Positions 38,709 to 50,038 of a DNA stretch of 64,000 nucleotides are shown here, one piece after another. Made by a program: the position numbers and the translations under genes. Positions within the stretch are counted from its first letter, which is position 1. Every line of letters begins with the position of its first letter. Location of the stretch: assembly GCA_002269645.1 (NCBI GenBank), contig NIVC01000350.1, positions 496,001 through 560,000 of the forward strand, given 5' to 3'. The stretch is from Macrostomum lignano. Its lineage: Eukaryota. The notes under the pieces were generated by a model. That model had not been told where the DNA came from and ran no database searches. It was given only the letters and a program-made list of their open reading frames with translations.

Positions 38709-40120
38709 TGAGGGCTAAGCAATAAGTTTCCAGAATCCAGATGTACCTAGACAGAGATAGTTGAAGAGAAAAAAACATATCTTTTCTCTACCAGAAACTC
38801 CGCTAGGAACTCTGCCACCTGTCGAGCCTTGTAGGCCAAGGTGTTGTTGTGATGGAGAAGGATGCCCCAAGCTTGAGTCCTTAGGCAATGCCTGGAAAGA
38901 GTACTCAACACTTTTGGCAGGCAAATGTTGGCATAACAGTCACCAATGACTGTGCCCTGCTACACAAGTGGAACTATGACCAGATGACCAGTTTTTGCCA
39001 CAAAAATGGCTACCATCTGCTTTACCATGCTGCACTTTCACCAAAGCTTGGATGGTGGGATGTCGCCAACTGGAGTCCACTAGGCCAACTGCAGCGACTG
39101 CTACTTAGTCTCTAGGTCAAAACTATAGATCTAGGACTTGTCACCACTGACAATATCCCAGACTGAGTTTGAGCTGCCTCAATTGAATCTGTTAAGCATG
39201 GTATGCATATATGCCCAACCTCAAAATTTCACCTATCCCGTGCAACTTAGTTTTGTCCAGATTTGCGACTTAGTTCCTCCCAATTGCAACTTAGTTTCTC
39301 TCAATTGCAACTTAGTTCCCTTGATTGCAACTTAATTTTCACTTTGTATATGACTTTTCTTGCCTTTTTCTCTTTTATTTTCTTTCTCTTTCTCTCTCTT
39401 CTTTCCCCCTCTCTCTCTTCTCCCTTCTTTCTTTTCATTCTCTTTATCTCTTTTCTTCTAATTTTTTTTTGCTTTTTTAACTTGCAACTTACCTTGGCCA
39501 GCAGCCATTTCACCTGTCCAGTTGGGACAGGTTGGATGGGTATTGGGCATGTATGATGGTGCGGCACCAGGTCACCTAAGCCTCCTGCTCCGGAGTCAGC
39601 TTATGAGGCACCCAGCATGTAGAAATCTTGCTCAGGTTGAGCTATGAATGCAGGATCGTCCTGATAGATCCTGATGAGATGCCTACCTTTGCCTCTATCT
39701 GGGCGACAGTCACTTGGGCATCATCCTCAACCATGGCCCAGACAGCCGCTGCATTCCTTATCATCTAGACTCTGTCTGCCGCATCAAAATTTGGCAAACC
39801 AGTCAAAAACAGTGGATCTAGAAGGTGCTTCATCCCCAAAAGCTCCTTGCAATCGCTCAAGACTTTCTTGCTGCTGCAAACCACTTTTAAAATTGTAATA
39901 AATCATTGCTCTAAAATGATTCCTATTGAGCTCCATTGTGAATTTGATAGATAGGGTAGGTATGCTAGCTTGGTTTGGGTGCTGCACTAGCTATATACAA
40001 CCAGGGTGTCTGAAACTTTACAAAAATTGTACTTAAATAATGTACTTGACACCTATGATGTCAGATTTTGTCAGCCACCTCTCAATTATACACATCTAAA
40101 AACTTATTGCTCAGCCCTAA
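38709..40120 (-). mobile_element. Decayed mariner (Tc1/mariner) element interrupted by a MITE
   Basis: TIRs TA|TGAGGGCTAAGCAATAAGTTTCCAGA and TA|TTAGGGCTGAGCAATAAGTTTTTAGA. Transposase remnants: HFRAMIYYNFKSG..EAPSRSTVFDWF, WVPHKLT, DIVSGDKS*IYSFDLETK, ILLHHNN. Confidence 0.9.
39206..39555. mobile_element. MITE family copy B, nested in the mariner transposase
   Basis: Ends catatatgcccaa / ttgggcatgtatg; internal ttgcaacttagtt repeats and a CT-rich tract; the mariner reading (TWCRT-MLNRF) resumes on both sides. Confidence 0.8.
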
Positions 40121-40794
40121 TATACTAAATCCTGCATGTGAATGGGATGAAAAAGGCCATGAAAACTATTCTATCAACTGGTGCCCCCTTTTTTGCAGCT
40201 GAAGAGCGAAAGCCATTGCTCTTTACACAATGGAAACTTGGTTGTGTAACTCTTGGAGAAGTTAATGATTGTTCTAGTGTGCATAGGATATTAGAAGAAA
40301 ATTTACCAGCAATCTTAAGTGCAGCTTAGAGATCAGGTGATGGTGTAGCTGCAGCACATTAAAGGGAACTAGAAGCACCACTATCCCAATGTTCAGGAAG
40401 CTCACACAGAGAGACTGTTAATGGCAGTGCAAAATCCAGAGGTTGTTGCTTTAATAGAGATCTAGCTATGCAGAATGCAAAAATTGAGATTCATGGTGCA
40501 GATGCAACAACCCACACATATTGCTCTTCTCAAATAATTTCAGCTGAAAGAAAAGCTATTTTTGAAATGAATGAAGAAACTAAATGTCTTGAGACAGAAT
40601 TTCTACAATGGCACAATGCTCATGCTGAATCTATTGCTATAGAATCTTATCCATCAACTGATGCTAATACTGAGGCCTGAATCCAACAACCACATACAGC
40701 CATTCATTTGGACTCAGATTCAAAGACTGAGACTGATGGCCAAAGAAGTGAGTCCTTCAAGAAAAAGATATATAGTTATACAAACAGTTACAAA

Positions 40795-41010
40795 TCCAAA
40801 TATATAAAATCTCTAAGGTTTGTATGTCCATAACAGTCTAGAGATTGCAATTCTTGACCAATTTTGATCGCATTTTCGCCAAAATATGCAAAATTGTCTG
40901 GAAAGAAGACGGTTAAATTTTCTTGTATCTGCTTCAATGTTAAAGGGATTAAATATTCAAAAAACTGTTTTAAATGGGCTTTTTCAATGCAAATTTTATC
41001 AGCGAGAAAC
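40795..41010 (+). mobile_element. Helitron-like 5' fragment related to the 11-18 kb family
   Basis: Starts a|tccaaatatataaaa, then gtttgtatgtcc, accaattttgatc and gttaaagggattaaatattcaaaaaac (compare gctaaagggattaaatattcgaaaaac). Confidence 0.5.
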
Positions 41011-41235
41011 TTCACAGCCAATTTTAATGATTGTGCCAGAGCCAACTGATAAGAAAACTCACTGGGCCCCACTTTAAGAAGGGAGCAATAAAATTATTCT
41101 GGATGCTGGCAGCCAGCTCTAATTAGCTAGTAGTTAACTAATGATATATTTCTGGATGCTTGAGAAGAGCAAACCAATAATGTACTTCTATAGATTTAAG
41201 CAACTGTCAGTCACAGAAACAAGACAAAGCATGAT

Positions 41236-41500
41236 ATGCTAAAAGATTTATTTACTCAAGATATTATTGTGACAGTTGTTTTGCAAGACTATGCGGGCAT
41301 TACAACAGATAAAGCATCTGTGATGATAGGAAGTCAAGTTGGACTTACAAGTTTGCTGAAACCATGGGCAAGAAACTATTTCTTCCAACACCATTGGGCT
41401 GCACATAAATTGGAGCCTTCTATGTATCATGCCTTTGAAAATTGGTCATATATACAACACCTAGATAAACTACTGCAATGCCTAAACAACAGGCAAAAAA
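41236..41500 (+). pseudogene. hAT transposase-like remnant
   Basis: GITTDKASVMIGSQVGLTSLLK...QHHWAAHKLE resembles the hAT pattern GxxxDGASVMxGxxxGvxxxLK...HCxAHRLE, with catalytic-site decay. Confidence 0.6.
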
Positions 41501-42270
41501 TCTCCCAATTGCAACTTAGTTCCTCCTAATTGCGACTTAGTTCCTCCCAATTGCAACTTAGTTCCTCCTGATTGCGACTTAGTTCCTCCCAATTGCAACT
41601 TAGTTCCTTCTGATTGCAACTTAGTTCCTCTCGATTGCAACTTAGTTCCTCCCAATAGCCACTTACAAGCTAGTTCCTCTTGATTGCAAATTAGTTCCTT
41701 CTGATTGCAACTTAGTTCCTCCCAATTGCAACTTAGTTCCTCCTAATTGCAACTTAGTTCCTCCCAATTGCAACTTAGTTCTTCCTAATTATGACTTAGT
41801 TCCTTCCCATTGCAACTTATTTCCTCTCAATTGCAACTTAGCTTCTCCTTATTGCAACTTGGTTCCTCTTAATTGCAACTTAGTTTCTCTCAATTGCAAC
41901 TTAGTTCCTCTTGATTATTGCAACTTAGTTCCTCTTAATTGCAACTTAGTTCTCCAATTGCAAATTAATTTTCACTTTGTATATGACTTGTCTTGCCTTT
42001 TCACTTTTCTTCTCTTTCTTTTTCTCTTTCATCTTCCCCTCTCTTCTCCCTCCTTTCTTTTTTTCTCTTCCTCTCCTTTCTTTTTTCCCCCAATTTTTTG
42101 TTTTTTTTGCGTTTTTGATTTTGCAACTTACTTTGCCTGGTGCCATTTCACCTGTCTAGTTTAGATGGGTCAGATGGTGTTAGGCATGTATGAAAGGAAC
42201 TAAGTTGCAAATCTAGATAAAAATAAGTCACACTAGACAGGTGAAATTTTGAGGTTGGGCATATATGTTC
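41500..42270. mobile_element. MITE family copy C with an expanded ~21-bp TTGCAACTTAGTTCCTCC array, followed by an inverted left end
   Basis: About 20 ttgcaacttagttc units in 41505-41960; right end at 42120-42192; inverted left end at 42195-42270. Confidence 0.75.
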
Positions 42271-44894
42271 ATGAATATCAATAGAACTTAATGAAAAGTA
42301 GAACATAGAAAATATAAACATAAGTCTGCCTTCTGTATCAAAAGCAATAAAAATTTATTTGCTAAAATGATAACTTGCCATTTAGTATATTTTTAGAAAA
42401 AACTGCCTTAAAATTTTCTGTAAAACAAAGTTTTTTGTTTTTAATAGGCCTACTTGACTAATCAAATGCCAAAAAAAGTCTACATGTACATTTTAAATGT
42501 TTGTATATTTTAACAAATTTACAAACACACATCTATGGGTCATTCCACGAGAGGGTCCTATCATGTTTTTGAATTTTAAGCACTTGTAGTTGTAACTGTT
42601 ATACATAGTTGTAACTGTTGAACAGTAATAGATAGAACAAAGCTGCAAAAAGCAATGTGTCAAACTTCTAGTTTTATATTTTTACATAGCTGTTTATAAA
42701 TTCTAAAACAACTGAACATATAGGCCTAGTCAAAGCCTAAACTATGCTAATGGTCATTCTTTATCACCAAACATGCTCTGCTCTGTGTTTAGTTGTTGTG
42801 TTGTTAACCAAAAGTATAGTGCTTTCATTTCCTATTTTATATATCCATTTTATTAAGTTTCAATTTTTGAAAACATTTCTTTTGTAGTTTTTGAACATGA
42901 TCATTCTTTTTTAAATGTTGCATAGTAATTGATTGCTTTCCAAATAGATTATGTATAAACTGACTATTTAACTGATATTAAAAATTGTGGTTTTTAATAG
43001 GTATGTAATAATTTGATAAAACAAAGACAAACATCAACTGTAATCATCTATTAAAACTGGTATATTAAACAATGATTATTATCCAAAAGAATGCTACAAT
43101 TTTTAGTATATTAAAGTGAAGTTCAAATAAAATTAGGCAATGTAACAATGCCATATAAATAAAGGTTAGACAATATTACATTTTTAAGATTTTTGAGACT
43201 AAGACCTATGATTTCAAGATTTGATTAAGGTTTAAAATTAAGCCTAATTAGCATCTAGTAGGCCTTTTTACATTATTCTATTTATTATTGCTAATATTAA
43301 TTTTTGTTAAATGTATACAATGATAATAGAAGGAAAAACAATTTTTAAATAATATTGAGCTTCTTAATAACTTGATATATATAAAAAATAAATATAATAA
43401 TATCAGTCACCAATAGTCATAGTCACAAATTTGACAATTGAGATTGTGATCAAGATATTGTTTGATGCCTATATATAAAACTATTATACAGTATTTGTTT
43501 CAATATCTGTTATAGTAAATACAAATGTATAATACTGCTAAATATGCCTTATGATTTGATATATATTATATATATAATCATATAAAATATTTTCTTAACC
43601 AAGGGCCTATCAACTTAAGCTCATATAGTGAAGCCCAAGTAACCTATGTATACAAATGATATGCCATTCCACTCATAGTTATACCAAAAAGGTAAGTTTG
43701 GCAAAAAGGTGACAAAGGTTGGACTTGAAATAAGTGAGAATAAGCAAGGGGATAATTAGGGACTCCACTTTTTGAGCTTAAGTTAATATTAAGTTAATAT
43801 AATATTCCTAAATATCAAATATAAAAAAATGATTTTTATCTTAAATTTCAATAAAAAAAATGAATTATATTGCCTTTTTTGTTTTTATTATTGAGTTTGC
43901 TATACAAAACCAATTTTTATAAGATGTGCAAATGATTTACAATCTAAAAAATATAAACTTATATACAAGCTATAATTATTGAAAAATTTAGAGTCAACTT
44001 ACAAAACCTATACTTATATACCATTGACTAGATAACTGGGATTATTATTAGTTATTAAAATAATTGCCTAATGTATCACTAGACAACAAATATTATTCAA
44101 CTCAAATATTTTAAAAGTACAGCTTTATAATGCAGACTGCAATGCAATATACAAAGCAAGTCTACAACTATTTAAATATATCTTTGTTCAATCAAGGTAC
44201 TATAATGAATAAATCAAAATTAGACGGTGACATATATATTTAAAAGACAAACATTACCAGTATAGCCATTTCATATCTAAACTAGCTCCTAATCAATTAA
44301 GGACATTAATTATAGGATTTATAAATTTTTTCTTATGTCAAGTCAGTTAGAATAAAGTCATAAATAATTTTTAATTGCCATAATAAATTTTTCAGTAAGT
44401 CAATATTTTTAACTATCTAAAATCAAAAAGGCATTATATGATGATGCAATCTAAATCCAGTCTAAGTTGCAAAAGCTATTTGTACCATACTTTTAGACTG
44501 ATTTAGGCTAATTAATTTAGATCATTTTAGACTAATTTATTCAACTACTTTTAGTTCAATTTATAAACTTTACTTAATTTAAAAATTTAAATTTAAATTA
44601 AAGACAAATAAGATATCTATTTATCAATGTAGCTAAGCAGAAAAAACTTGGAGTTTTATGTGTTCAAATAGTTTTTTATTTATCTGTACATGTATTTTTA
44701 TCTATTAATAATTTTGTACCCTATAATTTAGGCTTTTTAGCAATATCACATTTTAGCAATGCTATCAATTAGGACTTACTTTTGATTCCTTTTACCAAAT
44801 ATATTTCTCTTATTTGTCATCACCTAAATACAAACAAATTTTGTGCTGGTGCTCTACTAGGTCATCTTTAATGCATTTTTTGCTGTCTTTACAG

Positions 44895-46574
44895 ATGTTT
44901 GGCAAATCAAACTATTTCTTGTCTGACTCTGGTAACAGTGGCGCTGCACCTCAGAATGATGATTTTGAAGCCTATGGCCCCTATGGCCATGCTATCAATC
45001 CTGAAGCCGTCACTCGTCGGGCCCTGCCACCTTGGTGGCCCGATGATCTAAAGTCTGCCGGCTCTGGCGCTTCTTCCACCGCTGCGGCCGCTAGTTGGCG
45101 GCAGCAGAACAGGTCTTTGCTTCCCCAGCCATCTTCCCAACAAAAGCAACAAGGTGTACAGCAGTCGAAGCAGCAGCAGAAATTTCAGCAAAAACACCAA
45201 CAGGAAAGGCAGCAGCAGGAGAAATTCTTGCAGCAGAAAATGCAGCAGCAAGTTGAACAGCAACGGAAACAGCAGCAGATGGAGCAGAAGATGAGACAGC
45301 AACAGCAGCAGCAGCAACAGAAATTGCAAAAGCAGCAACTGTTGGAGCAACAAAAGATGGAGCAGCAAAAAAGAGAGCTGCAACAGCAGAAAAAGCAGAT
45401 TGAAGAACAGCAAAGGCAGCTTCGTCAGCAACAGGAGCAAATGCGAAAGGAGCAAGAAGAGCGAATGCAGCTGGAACTGATGACACATCGGCAACTCGCA
45501 TATCAGCAGATCCAGGATTATGATATACGGCAGCAGTTTAGATGCGCTTTATGCGATCTAAGCTTTCCAAGCTCTGCTGAGCTTCAGATGCATAAGCAGG
45601 AAAGCTCTGAGCACAGGAGCAATCATAAAATGCTTATTTGCCGCGAAGAGTGCCTCAGGGTTTATGGAGTTGTTACGGACCACCGTCTTATGCAGTTTCT
45701 GTTGCATTTTTGTCACACCTGCTGCATGGCGTTTGAAAATGAAACGCAGCTCTCTAGGCACATTACTTCTTCTGTTCATTTGGCAGCTACGGATCTGCCT
45801 TCACAAGCTACCGGTAGCTATGCCAGCTCAGCTACCGCTGCTGGAACTGCTGCTCCTGTTTCCGCCGCTTCTACTTTCCACCCGCCACCGAGGGCTGACT
45901 GGCACTCTGGCATTGCTCGAGCCAATCGATTCGATATGCCTGTTGCTGAAGTTGGGATGGACTCTGCCATCGGTGGTTCAGGCTCCAACAATTCTTTGTT
46001 TGGCTCTCGACCTGACAAGGAACGTAAAACGTCCACCTCAGGCTCCAAGAAGCCCATAGGTCGTCGGCCAAAGTCTTCTCCGCCGCGTGCGCCGCCAGTC
46101 CCTGCGTCGTCAAAGGATTTTAAAAAGAAACCGGTATATAAGCAGAAGTTCAAGCTTAAGCATGCAAAGATGCAACCGGATTCAAAATCGAAAGCGTCTG
46201 GTAACTCTCTGCTTGGCTCGAACCAAGCCGCGGCTAAAAAGCGTCCAGCCAATGGACCTGCGGCTTTCAAGCCACCACCTTCGAAACGGTCACTTGATAG
46301 GCCGCAAGCGAAATTCGTGGCCCATTGCTCGCTATGCAATAAGCATTTCAATAGCGAGACAAGCTCTAATGAGCATTTTAATGGCCGGAAGCACGCGGCC
46401 GCTATCGCTTCTGCGGTTAGTAAGTCGGATTCGGCCGCTGATGACTTTGTCTTCTGTGAAAGCTGTCGGATGAAAGTCCGTCGCGACCAGCTGGTGGCCC
46501 ATCGCGCCTCGGAGAAGCATACGATGGAATTGGCAAAAATCGGTGCCACTATGATGAAGCTGGTATCGCGCTGA
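44895..46574 (+). CDS. Intronless Q-rich protein with four matrin/U1/JAZ-type C2H2 zinc fingers (putative RNA-binding)
   Basis: Open 559-aa frame from ATG 44895. Fingers: CALC-x12-HKQESSEH, CHTC-x12-HITSSVH, CSLC-x12-HFNGRKH, CESC-x11-HRASEKH. Also a poly-Q coiled region and a K/R-rich NLS-like segment. Confidence 0.8.
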   Translation: MFGKSNYFLSDSGNSGAAPQNDDFEAYGPYGHAINPEAVTRRALPPWWPDDLKSAGSGASSTAAAASWRQQNRSLLPQPSSQQKQQGVQQSKQQQKFQQKHQQERQQQEKFLQQKMQQQVEQQRKQQQMEQKMRQQQQQQQQKLQKQQLLEQQKMEQQKRELQQQKKQIEEQQRQLRQQQEQMRKEQEERMQLELMTHRQLAYQQIQDYDIRQQFRCALCDLSFPSSAELQMHKQESSEHRSNHKMLICREECLRVYGVVTDHRLMQFLLHFCHTCCMAFENETQLSRHITSSVHLAATDLPSQATGSYASSATAAGTAAPVSAASTFHPPPRADWHSGIARANRFDMPVAEVGMDSAIGGSGSNNSLFGSRPDKERKTSTSGSKKPIGRRPKSSPPRAPPVPASSKDFKKKPVYKQKFKLKHAKMQPDSKSKASGNSLLGSNQAAAKKRPANGPAAFKPPPSKRSLDRPQAKFVAHCSLCNKHFNSETSSNEHFNGRKHAAAIASAVSKSDSAADDFVFCESCRMKVRRDQLVAHRASEKHTMELAKIGATMMKLVSR

Positions 46575-47156
46575 GTTTACTCGCGTGATTTCCATCTTTA
46601 TTAAACTGTTTCTGCACTGAAGGTCCATACAAATTAGTTAAATAATTTTCGTATTTGTTTGCCCTCAATTCTCCCAGTGTTTTTTTGTTAACTGTACGCT
46701 TTTACGCATCCCCAGTAATCTTGCACTAATAATTCATAACTAGCTCACCAGCTGTTTAGCTGGTGAATTAAATTGACGGGTTTTCATTTGGCACTGCTGT
46801 CTTGAAGTCAAGACTTGGCTACTCTATCAACTTATACTTTTTGCTATTGTGCCTGAACGAAAAGCCATTGGCACGTGGAAATTAAAAAGGGCATGCCGAA
46901 TCGCATTCCACATCTTTAAAACAAAACTATTATCATGTCGAGTCTAAAAAGTCCTTGAGACTGATAATAAACGAGAAATTCATCTCGTTCATCATCGGTA
47001 GGACTTTGCATGGACTGGTGTTATTGACATTTTGTCACTTCTGAAAGGTTCAAGAATTCATCTGCCTGCGCTGCTCAGGAGGGATCAACCGCCTTGGTAT
47101 AGATACTGCCAAAAGAAAGCTTTTGATCAACAAAGCTAAAAAAACGCCCTAAAATA

Positions 47157-48424
47157 CGAGAGACAATCAGAAAGTTCTGTCACTTTCCAAACTAGAAACA
47201 AAAGAGAACAATAAAACTGGTAATTTTCCTGTACTTTCTCAACAAAGTTACCACGCAGTGACACACTTGGCCCAGCGCTCTGGTAGCTTCTAAATGCCCG
47301 CAGAGTACCAGTCTTCACCCTGGTGTTTTCACCACTGGTTCACCAAGGATGCCAGTGCAGTCACAGGAGCTCAGTAGCGTCCTCACAAGTCCGATGGCCA
47401 GGTCTGACGAATGATCAGGGAGAGGGAGCTGCTCGAACACCAGCTCGCGGATTGCAGCCTGCATCTTGTGACAGTTGTGCGCTGAGGCGTTTTCATGGGG
47501 CAGCCGGATGCCCCTGGTGACCTTGCAACGCCTTATTTTCCTTGATTGCCTCCTTCAGCTGGCGCAATGTGTCAAGCGGCAACGTAGCATCTCCTGTGAC
47601 CGTCCGCTTCTCAGACAGCCACTTGATCAGCAGCACTCCTTGCCGATCCCAGACGATGGTGCCAATCCGCTTCATCGATGACACCGTCGTGGCCTTCAGC
47701 GGTGGGGGCTCATCGGGGCGCTTCTACTGCTTGCTTTGGACTTTGGTTTCCGGCTCGTACAGGAAGAACATCGACTCATCCCCTATCATGATTGTCGAGA
47801 AACTCCTCTTGGCGGTACTAGATCAGGTGCAACAGGTGCTAAAAAGCCTGCATCTGATTGTGCTGTATCTCCAAAGTTAAAATTTTTGGCACAAGCCCTG
47901 GACATTCCCAGCTGGACCGTCAGGATGGACTGCACGCTGCCATAACTGATGTCACAGGCATCTGCTTTTTCAGAAATAGTCACCCGTCTATTTTTGTCTT
48001 TGTCAAGGAGGCTCTGAACGTTGTCGATGACACTCTGGCTGCTGGAAGTGCTGGGTCTGCCCCTGCTAAGTTCGTCTTCGAAGTCACTTGCTTCCTTCGA
48101 AACTGTGCATCCAGTGGATGATAGTGCGATATGACGATGCAGACTCCCCATGTTGCTCACGCAAACGGGCTTCAATTTCCTTTGCTGCTGTGCCACGCCT
48201 CCACTCATAATGGATGACGGCACGTATGGCTTCGCTTGAAACTGACAGTCGCTCAGGGTCGGTGAAGAAAAATGCAACAGATTCTCGAGCTAGGCAAGAG
48301 TGGCTTTTAAAATTATGTTTAAGTAGGAGACATGCGTCTATAGTAACGACTAAAATCAATTTAAGAGAAGTCTGATGTGCAGAAAAATTAAGCGGTGACA
48401 GGACTTTTTGATCGTTCCTCCTCG
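47157..48424 (-). mobile_element. Near full-length (~1.27 kb) defective mariner element
   Basis: Imperfect TIRs TA|CGAGAGACAATCAGAAAGTTCTGTCAC and TA|CGAGGAGGAACGATCAAAAAGTCCTGTCAC. Motifs GRPST, IMIGDESMFFLYEPETKVQSKQ*, HENASAH, PDHSSDLAI, with stops and frameshifts. Confidence 0.92.
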
Positions 48425-50038
48425 TACGAATCAGAGTAGCAAAACTTATGAATCGGCCACAAGCAGTATGGTTGTTGTTCGCATAGTACGAGTGTATAAA
48501 TTTCTCAGTTTGACAAATAATCTGACCTCTTGCACTGGTTTAGTTACGGCTTTGTGCACCAATCTTGTAGCTTTGGCGTTCCTGGGTCCGTCTCAGTTGA
48601 TAGAGGTAGTCTACGGAATATTTTGGAAGTTCGAGGCAGTTGGTGGCTCAGGCTACATTTAAAGTACTCACTAGTACAGTAGTTCCACTGTGCATCCTAT
48701 TGCTGCTAGTGGAATGGATTGCTGCTACTTAGACTTACTGGTAACCCTTGATCTTGGCTAATCTTGGAAAGTACCTAAGCTTTGTGTTGAAGAGACGTCT
48801 TGTGCTTACTCGTATGCATTGCAAATATAATGCGATGATACTTCATACTCTTTGTGTTGTGAAATAATAATCATCAAAAAATTCGGCTAGTTAAATAGTA
48901 TCCTCGTAGGAATGTATTTCGATATTGTTTATTCAAGCTTGTATCCGACGTGTATTTAAGTCGAATAATAATTGTCGGGAATGATTCACTTCGCGAAAAT
49001 CTGCAAAGGAAGGTGCACTTGGCATGTAAGAGTACGTCGTATTCATTATCAATGAGTTTGTGACTGCGTTTTTCTATCTATATTGCTTGGCAGGTTTAAT
49101 CTAGTTCTTATTTGGTTACCATCTTGTTAAACATTATAACATTGAATTTTGCCGAGTTGTTATTGTCTTCGTTTTTATTTATTTTGCTTTCTTTCTAAAT
49201 TCATAGATAGTCAATAAGTTACCCTACGAATATTCCCCCATTCGTGTTTGTAAATAATAAATCCTATCAACAGAGGTACGGTAGCAGTGGTCATCGAACC
49301 TCTTTCAGAATAACCCGTTACTGTTGCTACTGTAGTTCGAACTACTGAATCAACCACTACAAGGACGACACTTTGTTGCAATCTTGCCGACCGAAATCGA
49401 ATGTTATAAATTTTCTTTAAAATTCTGTCACAGCTGATCTAAGTTAACGCCATCGACTCCGAAAAGATAGATATTGACTAATGTGCCACCGACTTAATAT
49501 TGCAAGTCATTTCAACGATGAAAACCCGAATGAAGAAATAGCTGAATCAGGTTTTTAAAAAAATCCTGTGAACTCTTGTACTTTGGCAGATATTTTTCAC
49601 AAGCGCTGGACTGGTGCGGATTTTAGCATGTTGATTTGTGGTTTAAGGTGCTTGGAAGGTCTTCGTGTTATGGTGTGGATGATTCAGCAAGTCGTCATTT
49701 AACTTCATTTGGATTTGAAATTTGGCGATTTTGTTTATTAACTCTCGCCATTCGTTAACCAGAGACGCTTCTTGCATACAGCTTGTGAATTCATTCTTAG
49801 TCGTCTAGTCTATATCTTGATTCTTTGGCAAATCCGTTTGACTGCCGGCACCAAATTTGGCATAATACATTGATACTTGGGTTCCATTATAACTTCGACT
49901 CCCGTAATCTCTCAATAAGTTTTGCTTATTGGTTATCGATTAAAAGTTGCTAGTTAAATTAACCTTGTCTATGCATTCTAGGAGTACCTGTTTACCTCTC
50001 CCGCAGTTGTGCAGTAACTTCAACAGCCAACAGCAGTC

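Noticed and set aside
44814-44894. 27-aa N-terminal extension of the zinc-finger ORF
   Set aside because: It starts at TTG in AT-rich sequence that ends in a strong acceptor directly before ATG 44895
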